Assembly: GCA_965207225.1 (NCBI GenBank)
Contig: CBDBLV010000001.1
Span: forward strand, 64,001-128,000
Length of the DNA: 64,000 bases
Source of the DNA: Dehalococcoidia bacterium
GTDB taxonomy: Bacteria > Chloroflexota > Dehalococcoidia > Plut-88900
Reading direction: 5' to 3'
This document shows positions 1-12,101 of the stretch, piece after piece. The position numbers and the translations under genes were made by a program. The notes beneath the pieces are model-generated. The model did not search any database and had not been told where the DNA came from. It saw only the letters and a list, made by a program, of their open reading frames with translations. Position 1 is the first letter of the stretch. The number at the start of each line of letters is the position of its first letter.

Positions 1-78
1 ATCACCCTTCCGCGCCATAAGACTATTGCAATACCAGTTGCAGCAGACATTTCGAAGGTAGCAGGCTGGAATGAATAG
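1..78 (+). CDS. hicA: HicA-family toxin, C-terminal fragment (5' end outside window)
   Basis: Frame 1 reads ITLPRHKTIAIPVAADISKVAGWNE*, matching the HicA 'vP.H...i.k.aG' end; directly precedes a HicB gene. Confidence 0.75.
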   Translation: MTLPRHKTIAIPVAADISKVAGWNE

Positions 79-88
79 GAGCGCCATT

Positions 89-487
89 ATGACCAATGAG
101 ACACTCCGTTACCCCGCCCTTGTAGCCGGACGGGAAGGCGCGTATGGAGTCGTCTTCCCTGACCTGCCGGGTTGTGTTGCTATGGGCTACACCGTTGACG
201 ACGCCCTGGTAAACGCCGAGGATGCCTTGCGTGACTATACCTTGGATGTAGAAGAAGACGGAGAAGTCCTGCCCGGTCCCAGCCTCTTCCAGTCGATTGA
301 CGTTCCAAAGGGTAGCCAGCTAGTCTCCATACCCCTCCTAAGAATCTCGGGCCGCAAGGTCCGTGCAAACCTCACCCTGGACGAGGGCGTAGCCGCCTTC
401 ATCGACAGCGAAGCCCGACGCCGCAAAATGACCCGCACCGCCTACATCACCTGGATGGCCCGGCGCATCGCCCAAATGGGCGGATAA
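89..487 (+). CDS. hicB: HicB-family antitoxin with C-terminal ribbon-helix-helix
   Basis: YPALV...YGVVFPDLPGCVAMG..DDALVNAEDAL HicB motif; C-terminal RANLTLDEG..IDSEARRRKMTR; ATG 89 follows AGGAG. Confidence 0.9.
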   Translation: MTNETLRYPALVAGREGAYGVVFPDLPGCVAMGYTVDDALVNAEDALRDYTLDVEEDGEVLPGPSLFQSIDVPKGSQLVSIPLLRISGRKVRANLTLDEGVAAFIDSEARRRKMTRTAYITWMARRIAQMGG

Positions 488-583
488 CCCACCCCCCTCC
501 CAAATCAGTCATTGCATAGTTTGCATCGCGTATAAGCTTCAACCAAACACAGCTGAACTTTGAGGCAGAGAGGGTAATTCTAT

Positions 584-2608
584 TTGAGCTATGGACACGC
601 GTCATCCGTAAGAGAGTTCATAAGCACTGCAGAAGACACCTTAATAGGTCGGTTAACCAGTGGTATTGCCTCTACCGGGGTGCCCAATCAAAGGACGGCT
701 CAAATTGAAGCTTGGAGGCGGGAGATACGTCTCCTCAAAGAGCAACTAGCATCTCCGCAGTTCCAACACTGGCACATTATTCTGGAGTATGAGATACCTC
801 GTCGCTCTCGCCGACCCGACGTAGTCCTCTTGAACTCTACGACGGTCTTTGTGATCGAGTTCAAGATGGGTGCGCGAGCCTTTGACTCCACTTCTCGCTG
901 GCAAGCAACGTCCTACGCCCGAGATCTCCGGGATTTTCACGCAGAGTCCCACGACCGGAGAATCGTTCCCATGCTGTGCGCTACAGATGCCGAAACGGGC
1001 CTGTCCGGCTTTTCCGGCTTGGTGGAGAGCAATCCGGATGTCACCACCTTAGTTAAGACTAATGGAACAAATCTGGGCCAGCACCTTCTTAGTGTGCAGA
1101 GTGACGGTGACCATGCTCCAGCAGAATTTATAACTCCAAGGAGGTGGCTGAATTCTCCCTACCGTCCGACGCCCACGATAATCGAGGCTGCAACACTTCT
1201 CTACGATGGGCACGATGTTCGCGAATTGTCTCATAGGCATGCGCGCAACCTCGATCAAACTACACAGATGCTCTTCGAAGCCATCCAGGATGCTCAACGG
1301 AATAGCCGCCGAACAGTCTGCTTCGTCACGGGCATCCCAGGAGCCGGGAAGACCCTGACTGGTCTCAATGTCGTTCACGGCCAAGGAATGCGACACTCAT
1401 CCTCTCTCTCTGGAATATTTCTGTCCGGCAACGGACCGTTGGTTAAAGTGGTACGCGAGGCCTTAGTCCAGAATCAGGTCGGCAAAGGTCGTAAGCGGAA
1501 AGAATGTGAACATGAAGTCACTACTTTCATTCAAAACGTGCACAATTTCCTCCGATTTCACTTGGAACGGCCCGAAGAGCTTCCACATGAGAATGTAGTA
1601 ATTTTCGATGAGGCCCAACGGGCATGGGACAGTAAGCAGATGGCCCGCAAACGTGACGTAAACTCCTCGGAAGCTTCACTACTTTGCGAGGTAATGGAGC
1701 GTTTGCCTGACTGGACTGTAATCGTTGCTTTGGTGGGTGGCGGGCAAGAGATATTCCTAGGTGAGGCTGGATTGGAGGAATGGGGCCGAGCGCTCCAAGA
1801 TCGACCTGTTCCCTGGCAAGTGATTGCTTCCCCGGAAGTACTAATTGGTGGTGAGAGCGTAGCAGGGCACAAGTTGTTCGACGGTGCCATTCCCGCAAAC
1901 GTTGCATTTAAAGAAGAACCTCTAGCTCACCTTGATGTTGTGGTTAGGAATCACCGCGCTCAGCGTTGGATCGAGTGGGTCAACGAGTTTCTGTCACTTC
2001 GCTTCGATATCGCAAGAACGCACTTCCCCGTTACGGAAGATTTTCCGTGCTACGTAACTCGTGAACTGACGACGGCGCGTGCATGTTTGCGGATGCATCA
2101 TCGTCTTGACCCAATGGATAGGACTGGTCTGGTCGCAACATCTATGGACCTGAGATTGAGAGCCGATGGGCTTGAACGATCCAGCGGGTTTCGGTTGAAC
2201 TTTCCTTACGAAAAGTGGTTTTTGGAGCCAGGCCTAGACGTTCGTTCTAGCTACTCCTTGGAAGTGGCCGCATCGGAATTCGAATGTCAGGGACTGGAGT
2301 TGGACTGGGTTGGCTTGTGTTGGGGCCTCGACCTAACACCACTTGAATTGGGAGATGCATGGGACTATCGCAAATTCCGCGGCGCCCGTTGGCAAAATGT
2401 ACAAAATGAGGCCGAGCGCGATTTCACGCTCAACAGGTATCGGGTTCTGTTGACGCGAGCGCGAAAGGGCCTCGTGATATGGGTACCCAAGGGTGACCAT
2501 AGCGACCCTACCCGTGACCCCACACAATACGATCGTGTATATGATGCCCTGCGATGCGCAGGAGTACCGGATCTGCCCTCGGATCACTCCGATGGGTGGT
2601 CTCTCTGA
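584..2608 (+). CDS. DUF2075 (Schlafen group 3-like) helicase/ATPase with N-terminal PD-(D/E)xK-like nuclease domain
   Basis: RRPDVVLL...VIEFK nuclease-like motif, Walker A GIPGAGKT, Walker B VVIFDEAQR, C-terminal CQGLELD and YRVLLTRARKG. Confidence 0.85.
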   Translation: MSYGHASSVREFISTAEDTLIGRLTSGIASTGVPNQRTAQIEAWRREIRLLKEQLASPQFQHWHIILEYEIPRRSRRPDVVLLNSTTVFVIEFKMGARAFDSTSRWQATSYARDLRDFHAESHDRRIVPMLCATDAETGLSGFSGLVESNPDVTTLVKTNGTNLGQHLLSVQSDGDHAPAEFITPRRWLNSPYRPTPTIIEAATLLYDGHDVRELSHRHARNLDQTTQMLFEAIQDAQRNSRRTVCFVTGIPGAGKTLTGLNVVHGQGMRHSSSLSGIFLSGNGPLVKVVREALVQNQVGKGRKRKECEHEVTTFIQNVHNFLRFHLERPEELPHENVVIFDEAQRAWDSKQMARKRDVNSSEASLLCEVMERLPDWTVIVALVGGGQEIFLGEAGLEEWGRALQDRPVPWQVIASPEVLIGGESVAGHKLFDGAIPANVAFKEEPLAHLDVVVRNHRAQRWIEWVNEFLSLRFDIARTHFPVTEDFPCYVTRELTTARACLRMHHRLDPMDRTGLVATSMDLRLRADGLERSSGFRLNFPYEKWFLEPGLDVRSSYSLEVAASEFECQGLELDWVGLCWGLDLTPLELGDAWDYRKFRGARWQNVQNEAERDFTLNRYRVLLTRARKGLVIWVPKGDHSDPTRDPTQYDRVYDALRCAGVPDLPSDHSDGWSL

Positions 2609-2703
2609 AGTGATATGGCTCCCAACCCCTTAAAATATTCAATCATCTCCCCCGATTGCTGAGCTCCTGTAGTCCTACTCGTATCACAAACCCCCCTCCC
2701 CCC

Positions 2704-2819
2704 AGTACCAAACTAGAGGGAGACACCTGCGCCAGGGCGCAGGTGTCTCCCTCTGTTTTTTCCTCCCCCTCTCCCTTAATGGCCCTAAGGGAGAGGGGGA
2801 TCAAGGGGGTGAGGGTTCC
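2704..2819 (+). repeat. Dispersed ~115-bp double-hairpin repeat, copy a
   Basis: AGTACCAAACT + 19-bp-arm palindrome 2715-2754 + T-tract + CCCCTCTCCCTTA..TAAGGGAGAGGGG hairpin; related copies at 26150, 26598, 31701, 61912. Confidence 0.85.
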
Positions 2820-2846
2820 TCAGTGGGGCCGGGGGCATCCCCTCCC

Positions 2847-2871
2847 GTAGGGGCGACCGGCTGGTCGCCCT
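2847..2871 (+). repeat. GTAG-type REP palindrome
   Basis: GTAGGGGCGACC-GGCT-GGTCGCCCT; related copies at 25863, 26987, 59216. Confidence 0.8.
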
Positions 2872-2913
2872 GGGGCGGGGCACATCCCCTCCCCCCAAAT
2901 GTGACTTTGCCCC

Positions 2914-2948
2914 TTGACAGGCAAACATTTGAGCCTTATATTTGTTCT
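2914..2948 (+). promoter_or_regulatory. Sigma70-type promoter with LexA-like half site
   Basis: TTGACA (2914-2919), 17 nt, TATATT (2937-2942); ATATTTGTTCT (2938-2948) overlaps the -10. Confidence 0.65.
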
Positions 2949-3166
2949 AAGTCTAGACCCGACACCAACCTTAAGGAGGAACCAAAAACCCAGGGAAGCC
3001 CCCGAGACCCGACCCGAGGACTCAACGCCCTAGCCCATCCCAACGGCCCCGCGCAGGCCCGAGGCTCAAGCTGTCGTTACCCAAGATCTTTGAGCCAGGT
3101 TACCCACGAACATTGAGCCACCCTGAACGCCGATGATACGGATTATGACAGGATGCTATCGGCGGT

Positions 3167-3961
3167 TCAATCACCTCCCTTCTTGCCGAGGATTTTGGCC
3201 ACTTTGCCCAGTAGGGCGCGGTGAGGAGAGAGCCTCTCCCGGTAGCTGGTGCCCTCGATGACGATCTGGTAGCTGGTGTTGGCCAGACGGTCCAGGGCGC
3301 TGTTGCCCAGGATGGGATCGTTGAAGAGGCCGAGCCACTCCTCGATGGCGCGGTTGGAGGTGATGACGAAGCTGGAGGCCCGATGCTTGCCGACGATGAG
3401 CTGGTAGAGGTCCGATGACTGTTGTGCGTTGAGACGGTGCAGGCCCAGGTCGTCGAGGATGAGCAGGTCGGGGGAGAGGAAGGAGCGGAAGGCTTTGTCC
3501 ACCGAGTTGTCCACCCTGGCTTGGGACATGGCTTTGAAGAAGTCGTATGCGTGGATGAAGCGGACGGAGTATCCGGCTCTGACGGCGGCGTAGCCGAGGG
3601 CCTGGGCCAGGAAGCTCTTGCCGACGCCCGCCGGTCCCATGAGCAGGACGTGCTCGTGCCTGGGGATGAAGTCCAGGGAGAAGGCGGCGTCAAGGAGGCG
3701 GCGGTCCAGGGTGATTTCGGACGTCCAGTCGAAGTCCTCCAGGCGGCAGGTCTCCTCGAAGCCGGCCCGGTTCAGGCGGGTCTCGATGCGCCGGTTCTCC
3801 CTGCGGCTGACCTCGTCGGCTAGGATGATCTCCAGGAAGGCGGCATAGTCCAACTGGTCCCTTCGGGCCAGGGCGATGCGCTCGGGCAGGGTGTCCAGCA
3901 TGCCGCTGAGCTTGAGGGTCTTGAGCAGCGGGGCCAGATCGACGTTGCGGTTGCGGGTCAT
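3167..3961 (-). CDS. istB: IS21 helper AAA+ ATPase IstB
   Basis: GPAGVGKS Walker A, LLILDDLG Walker B, ITSN, ALDRL; start overlaps istA stop. Confidence 0.95.
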   Translation of the reverse strand: MTRNRNVDLAPLLKTLKLSGMLDTLPERIALARRDQLDYAAFLEIILADEVSRRENRRIETRLNRAGFEETCRLEDFDWTSEITLDRRLLDAAFSLDFIPRHEHVLLMGPAGVGKSFLAQALGYAAVRAGYSVRFIHAYDFFKAMSQARVDNSVDKAFRSFLSPDLLILDDLGLHRLNAQQSSDLYQLIVGKHRASSFVITSNRAIEEWLGLFNDPILGNSALDRLANTSYQIVIEGTSYRERLSPHRALLGKVAKILGKKGGD

Positions 3962-5538
3962 AGCGTAACTCCTTCGGTTGGGTGATGGCCGTTGACCAGG
4001 GCGAAGACGGAGCCGGGCCTGGCGAAGCGCCCCGGCGGTATGAGGTCGGCAAGGGGCGGCGCATCCTGCTGCTCCAGGGCTTCAACCAGGATGCGCTCGA
4101 CGCGGTGCACGTCGATGAGGTCCACGTCCAAGGCCTTGCGGCAGGCGTCGTTCAGCCGGTCGGGGGTGTAGCGCTGGGCGAGGCGGAGCAGCTTGTGTCC
4201 CTGCCGCACCTTGGCCCAAGGCGTGGGGCCTTCGAAGAGCCGGTCGGCGAAGGCGGCCACCGCCTCTCCCAGCTCCGCCGCGCTCTGCTTGATCTTGTCG
4301 GGCCCTCGCAGGGTGTAGGCGATGAACTCCTTTGGGTAGTCGTCGGTGTCGGTGGAGCGTTTGCCCCTGGGCTGACGGGGATGGACCTTGATCAGCTTGC
4401 CCCGGTGGTAGATGCGCACCAGCTTGCTGTCCAGCGCGATCTCCACCTGCTGCCCCGGAGGGCACAGGGCCGACGGCACCGAGTAGAGGGCGTGCTGGCA
4501 GGTCACGTGGTGGTCGCGCTGCACCTTGGCGTTGCGCCAGCGGGTAACCTCGTAGGGATCGCCGTCCCAGGGCAGCAACGTCTGGCGCTCCTCTGTGTCG
4601 AAGACCTCCACGGGCTTGCGCCTGGTGGTGCCGTGCACCCGCTGTCCGGCCACCTCACGGCACCAGTGGAGCGCTTCCTTCCGCATGTGAGGCAGGTCCC
4701 TGAAGGAGGCTCCCTTGAAGAAGCGCTCTCTCACGTACTGGACTCCCCGCTCCACCTTGGGCTTATCCCTGGGGTGGCGCACCCGGGCCGGGTCGGTGAT
4801 GAAGCCCCGGCGCTGCGAGTACTCCAGGAAGCCCCTGGTCAGCCTGGGGTGCAGGGCGTCGGCCCCGGCCACCGCCGCCGGGAAGTTGTCGATGACCAGG
4901 TACTTGGGTATGCCGTCGAAGAAAGCCCAGGCCGCCTCCAGTCCGGCGACCACGTCCTCCAGCTTCTGCCCGTGGGTGGGCCAGACGAAGCTGTGCCGCG
5001 AGTAGGCCAGCACCACGATCAGCGCCCACACCGTCCGGCGGCGTCCCGTCTCCGGGTCCTCCAGCGGCCCCAGCCGACCGAAGTCCAGCTCCGCCACCTC
5101 GCCCGGAGGACTCTCCTCCATCCGCACCGTCCGAAGACTGCGGCCTCGCCAGTTGCGGCGGGCCACGAAGCGCTGTAACGACGAATAGGGCACATCGCAG
5201 CCCCGCTCCAAGAGCAACTCCCGGATGCGGGTCAGTTGCAGCCGGTCCCCGATGAGCCACTGCTGAATCTGGTCGGCCCAGGGGGACAGCCTCTCCTCTA
5301 TGGGCATCTTGGTCTGCCGCGGTCCCGCACGGCCGATGGCCGCCAGCTTGCTCAGCTGCTCCTCGCTGGGACCCGGTCCGTCCCGGGACAGCCCCAACCT
5401 CTCCGCCGAGGAGATGTATTTGACCACCGTGTTCCGGGACAGGCCCGTCCCAGTCGCTATGTGGCGCTGGCTCTCTCCAGCCTGCCAGCGCCGGATGACT
5501 TCTTCTATCTCCACTCTGAGTACCTCCTTGTAGGCCAT
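3958..5538 (-). CDS. istA: IS21 DDE transposase IstA
   Basis: N-terminal HTH, ELDFG, LVIDN, PRDKPKVERGV, HGTT motifs. Confidence 0.95.
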   Translation of the reverse strand: MAYKEVLRVEIEEVIRRWQAGESQRHIATGTGLSRNTVVKYISSAERLGLSRDGPGPSEEQLSKLAAIGRAGPRQTKMPIEERLSPWADQIQQWLIGDRLQLTRIRELLLERGCDVPYSSLQRFVARRNWRGRSLRTVRMEESPPGEVAELDFGRLGPLEDPETGRRRTVWALIVVLAYSRHSFVWPTHGQKLEDVVAGLEAAWAFFDGIPKYLVIDNFPAAVAGADALHPRLTRGFLEYSQRRGFITDPARVRHPRDKPKVERGVQYVRERFFKGASFRDLPHMRKEALHWCREVAGQRVHGTTRRKPVEVFDTEERQTLLPWDGDPYEVTRWRNAKVQRDHHVTCQHALYSVPSALCPPGQQVEIALDSKLVRIYHRGKLIKVHPRQPRGKRSTDTDDYPKEFIAYTLRGPDKIKQSAAELGEAVAAFADRLFEGPTPWAKVRQGHKLLRLAQRYTPDRLNDACRKALDVDLIDVHRVERILVEALEQQDAPPLADLIPPGRFARPGSVFALVNGHHPTEGVTL

Positions 5539-6181
5539 CGCGGCACCTCCTTATCAAGTGCTGCAATGGTCTAAGCTGGGGCGCTCAGGGTGGCTCAAAG
5601 ACCCTGGTTATCTGGCTCAATGTTAGTGGGTATTGTGGCTCAATGTTCCTGGGTATTGACAAAGCCGAAGGTGTTATCTCCTCAACACGGGTCCCGTGCC
5701 CCTTCCCTGCCCCCCAGGCGATGGAAAGACGTTCTGGCCTAAGCTGTTCCCGTCAGGCCTAACCCCGCAGAAGCGGGCCCAGGCCTTGCCCCAGGCGCGT
5801 TGGTGGCGCGCCAAGTGGGCCGGCGTCGATATGGCGTCCGGCGGCAGTAACCTTCCGTTCCTGCTCACCACAGGAGCAGGTATGGCCGTAACCTGATTGA
5901 ACACGGCTGATAGAATTTCATTCCTACGGCCCCTGGGCCGGTGCGCCTCTCCCCTGGGCGCATGTCTAAAATCTGCCCGAATGGGAACAGGGGCACAGCC
6001 TCCGGCCAGCGTCTTCCATCGCCGACCCAAAACCCGACAAACAGAACGAAAACCGGAAACCCCACAACCGAATAGAGACCCGGCCTGCCGGGCAGACCCC
6101 CACCCTTCCCCCTCCCCCCGACCCGGTGATAAAATCACCTTTGGCCCTCGGTACTCCCTTTAGCTAAGGTGTCTGCCTCTC

Positions 6182-9079
<2,898 letters not shown>

Positions 9080-9100
9080 ACCTTCCCGGGGGATGGGCCG

Positions 9101-9126
9101 ATCACCCTGAGCGGAGTCGAAGGGTC
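9101..9126 (+). repeat. CCTGAGC.GAGTCGAAGGG-type intergenic repeat
   Basis: Near-identical cores at about 56163-56187 and 58155-58178, each shortly downstream of a gene. Confidence 0.65.
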
Positions 9127-9192
9127 GAGCGGGGGGTAGTCCAAGAAAGCCGGACCGCCGCGACCTTCCCACAAATCCACTCTTCACCCCCC

Positions 9193-9238
9193 TTGACAGC
9201 GGTATTAATGATGATAAACTAATTTATATCACAAACTA
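9193..9238 (+). promoter_or_regulatory. Putative promoter and AT-rich operator of the 9281-10215 operon
   Basis: TTGACA, 16 nt, TAAACT; imperfect inverted repeat TGATAAA..TTTATATCA. Confidence 0.45.
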
Positions 9239-9280
9239 TATTGGCATCTGAAGACCGGAAAAAACACAAGGAGGCTCACC

Positions 9281-9904
9281 ATGCAAGACGTCAAACGTGA
9301 ACTCACCCCCGAGGAAAGCTGGAACGCAATCCACGCCACCTTCGACCGGGCCCGGGCCTCCATGTACATCGCAGGAATTACCAACATCCTGCTCTACAGC
9401 GGCGCCCTCGTAGCCCTCGCTTTCTTCACCCACTACGCCATCGAGACCTTCGCCCCCAACTTCGCCTCTGAGCACCCCTGGTATCCCGGAATCGTCTGGG
9501 GAGTCATGGGCGCCCTCGCAATGATCGGCAACTCCATAATCGGCCACAGCGCCGGCAAGAAACTGTCGCAAGGTGATGCCGCCCGCAACGCCGGCATCCG
9601 CATCTTCGCCTTCTGGATGACCGTCGTGGCTGCCTGTTTCCTGATCCCTGCCGCAGCCGGCATGTGGAACTCCGACTCCGGAGAAATGATTCCCGGTGTC
9701 ACCGTGGGCGTAATAGCCCTCGGGTACATCCTCTTCGGCATCCTGTTCCGGCCCATGCTGGTCGCGGTTGGCGCAGGTCTCGCAGCCTCTTACTACCTTC
9801 CCGCACATTACGCTGGCGACAACGCCCTGGCTTTTCAGGGAGCGGCCACCCTTGCAGTATGTGTCCTGGGAGCCTTGTGGCTTCGAAGGAGCAGCGCCTC
9901 GTGA
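9281..9904 (+). CDS. Multi-pass membrane protein
   Basis: About 6 hydrophobic segments; AGGAGG RBS; coupled to a downstream regulator. Confidence 0.8.
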   Translation: MQDVKRELTPEESWNAIHATFDRARASMYIAGITNILLYSGALVALAFFTHYAIETFAPNFASEHPWYPGIVWGVMGALAMIGNSIIGHSAGKKLSQGDAARNAGIRIFAFWMTVVAACFLIPAAAGMWNSDSGEMIPGVTVGVIALGYILFGILFRPMLVAVGAGLAASYYLPAHYAGDNALAFQGAATLAVCVLGALWLRRSSAS

Positions 9905-10215
9905 TCGACCAGTATGTAAACCTCGACGAGACCATCCACCAGCCCACCCGACTCCGCATTATGACTATGCTCGTCGCCCAGTCCCCCTCGGACCGCCTTG
10001 CCTACCCCTTCATTCAGAAGACCCTGGGCCTCACCGGAGGCAACCTAACTATCCACCTCCGGAAGCTCGAAAATGCCGGCTTTCTCTCCATCACCAAGGA
10101 ATTCCTGGACTCCAAGCCGCGCACTTGGGTGGAAGCCACCCCCGAGGGTCGACGTGCCTTCACCGACTACCTCTCCAACCTGCTGGAAACCCTGAACTGG
10201 AAACCCCCTCCCTAA
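9901..10215 (+). CDS. Winged-helix transcriptional regulator (ArsR/MarR-like)
   Basis: LDETIHQPTRLRIM...LGLTGGNLTIHLRKLENAG...PRTWVEATPEGRRAF; GTGA overlap with upstream stop. Confidence 0.9.
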   Translation: MIDQYVNLDETIHQPTRLRIMTMLVAQSPSDRLAYPFIQKTLGLTGGNLTIHLRKLENAGFLSITKEFLDSKPRTWVEATPEGRRAFTDYLSNLLETLNWKPPP

Positions 10216-10274
10216 CCCCGACCCAAACCCCACCCCCATTTGACACCCTTCCCGTCAATCCCTACGATTCCACC

Positions 10275-10808
10275 ATGCCTCCCGACAAAGCACCGGACCT
10301 CGGCCGCATCCTCGTATCTGAGTCTCAAATCTCCGAAGCAATCGCCCGCCTCTCCTCCGAAATCGCCCGGGACTACGACCTTTCCACCCTGGTCCTCGTT
10401 GGCGTTATGGATGGTTCCGTCCCCTTCCTCGCCGACCTCATGCGCTCCTTCGAGCAGTCAGTGATCGTGACAACGGCCCGGATTCGCAGCTACTACGGGA
10501 CCACGGGCGGCCAGCTGATTATCGACTCCTTGCCATTGCGCGACAGGATCCAGGGTAGGCACGTCCTCATCGTTGAGGACATCCTCGATAGCGGCGCCAC
10601 CTGTGAGCTGTTTACTCGAAGGCTAACGGAGATGGGCGCGTTGTCCGTTAAGATTTGCGCCATGCTGGACAAGCCCTCGCGGCGCATCCACAACGTCAAG
10701 GCTGACTACTTCGGCTTCGAAGTCCCTGACACCTTCGTCGTCGGCTACGGCCTCGACCACGATGGCAAGTACCGCAACCTCCGCAACATCCACGCCCTCA
10801 AGAAATAG
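10275..10808 (+). CDS. hpt: Hypoxanthine phosphoribosyltransferase
   Basis: VLIVEDILDSGAT PRPP motif, FVVGYGLD...YRNL. Confidence 0.93.
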   Translation: MPPDKAPDLGRILVSESQISEAIARLSSEIARDYDLSTLVLVGVMDGSVPFLADLMRSFEQSVIVTTARIRSYYGTTGGQLIIDSLPLRDRIQGRHVLIVEDILDSGATCELFTRRLTEMGALSVKICAMLDKPSRRIHNVKADYFGFEVPDTFVVGYGLDHDGKYRNLRNIHALKK

Positions 10809-10883
10809 ACTGACAAAGCTTTACTAGTCAGGCATACCGGACTAGTTGAGCGACCGCTCCCTCCACCTCCCTCAGTATCTCCC

Positions 10884-12101
10884 CTAAATCCTCACCCCCG
10901 TGGCCCGGGCCACCGTATCGATGTCCTTGTCCCCTCGCCCCGACAGGTTCACTAGCACTATGTCGTCCCTGCTCAAAGTCCTCGCCAGCTCCACGCCGTA
11001 GTACACTGCATGAGCCGACTCCAGCGCCGGGATTATCCCCTCTGATTCGCTCAGAAGCTTGAATCCCTCCAGCGCTTCATCGTCCGTCACTGAGACATAC
11101 GTCGCCCGACCCGTCGACTTCAAGTGACTGTGCTCGGGCCCGACGCCCGGGTAGTCCAGCCCCGCCGATATGCTGTGCGCCTCCAACACCTGCCCGTTCT
11201 GGTCTTGCAGCAGGTACGAGTTAGACCCGTGCAGCACCCCCGGCCTTCCATGTCCCAGTGACGAGGCATGTTTCCCGCTCTCGATCCCCTCGCCCGCCGC
11301 CTCCACCCCGACCAACCCCACCTCCTCATCACCGATAAAAGGGTGGAACATCCCCATCGCGTTGCTCCCTCCGCCCACGCAAGCCACCGCATAGTCCGGC
11401 AGACGGCCCTCTGCCTCCAGCATCTGTTCCCTGGCCTCCCTGCCTATCACCGACTGGAAGTCTCTCACCAGCATCGGATAAGGGTGCGGCCCGACCACGC
11501 TTCCCAGCAGGTAGTGTGTCGTCTGGACGTTGGTCACCCAGTCCCGGATCGCTTCGTTGATCGCATCCTTCAGAGTCCTGCTCCCCGACTTAACGCTCAC
11601 TACCTCCGCACCCAGCAATTTCATCCTGTACACGTTGAGCGCCTGCCGTTCCACGTCCTTCTCACCCATATATACGATGCACTCCAGCCCGAGCATTGCG
11701 CAGATTGTGGCCGTTGCCACCCCGTGCTGCCCCGCACCCGTCTCCGCGATGATCCGCTTCTTCCCCATCCGCTCCGCCAGCAGCCCCTGCCCCAGCACGT
11801 TGTTGATTTTGTGCGCCCCCGTGTGCGCTAGGTCCTCCCTCTTCAGGTAGACCTTGGTCCCGCCGGCTCTCTCCGTGAGCGTCGCGGCCAGGTACAGGGG
11901 TGTTGGGCGGCCGGCATAGGTCTTGGAAAGCTCCTCCACCCGTGCCCCGAACCCCGGGTCCACCCTTGCCGCCCGATATTCTTCTTCCAGCTCGTCCAGA
12001 GCGGGCATCAGGGTCTCGGGGATGAACTTCCCCCCGAAGTCCCCGTACCGCCCCGACTCATCAGGGCACGCGTAGGTCGATGCCGCGTCGGAGCCAGTCA
12101 T
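10884..12101 (-). CDS. trpB: Tryptophan synthase beta chain
   Basis: [39 protein letters not shown]. Confidence 0.97.
   Translation of the reverse strand: MTGSDAASTYACPDESGRYGDFGGKFIPETLMPALDELEEEYRAARVDPGFGARVEELSKTYAGRPTPLYLAATLTERAGGTKVYLKREDLAHTGAHKINNVLGQGLLAERMGKKRIIAETGAGQHGVATATICAMLGLECIVYMGEKDVERQALNVYRMKLLGAEVVSVKSGSRTLKDAINEAIRDWVTNVQTTHYLLGSVVGPHPYPMLVRDFQSVIGREAREQMLEAEGRLPDYAVACVGGGSNAMGMFHPFIGDEEVGLVGVEAAGEGIESGKHASSLGHGRPGVLHGSNSYLLQDQNGQVLEAHSISAGLDYPGVGPEHSHLKSTGRATYVSVTDDEALEGFKLLSESEGIIPALESAHAVYYGVELARTLSRDDIVLVNLSGRGDKDIDTVARATGVRI

Larger units (their letters stand above)
3072..5661 (-). mobile_element. IS21-family insertion sequence, 2590 bp, 4-bp target duplication AAGC
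   Basis: TG...CA ends; IRs TGTCGTTACCCAAGATCTTTGAGCCA versus TGTCAATACCCAGGAACATTGAGCCA; repeated TTGAGCCA sites at both ends; AAGC at 3068-3071 and 5662-5665; istA-istB inside. Confidence 0.95.
2949..6083 (+). ncRNA. Candidate large structured RNA, copy 1 (about 540 nt once the IS21 is removed)
   Basis: 2973-3045 and 5670-6083 are colinear with 26876-27640; helices CAGGGAAG/CTTCCCTG (2991-2998/5702-5709) and GGCGATGGAAAGACG/CGTCTTCCATCGCC (5717-5731/6010-6023); no conserved ORF. Confidence 0.5.

Noticed and set aside
5656-5690. Hybrid promoter from the outward TTGACA at the IS21 end
   Set aside because: No acceptable -10 at 16-18 nt spacing (TATCTC is only 13 nt away)
5674-6163. ORFs between the IS21 and uvrA, including the ATG inside GGCGATGGAAAGACG
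   Set aside because: That ATG gives MERRSGLSCSRQA* in copy 1 and MERRPG* in copy 2; there is no RBS and no conserved frame
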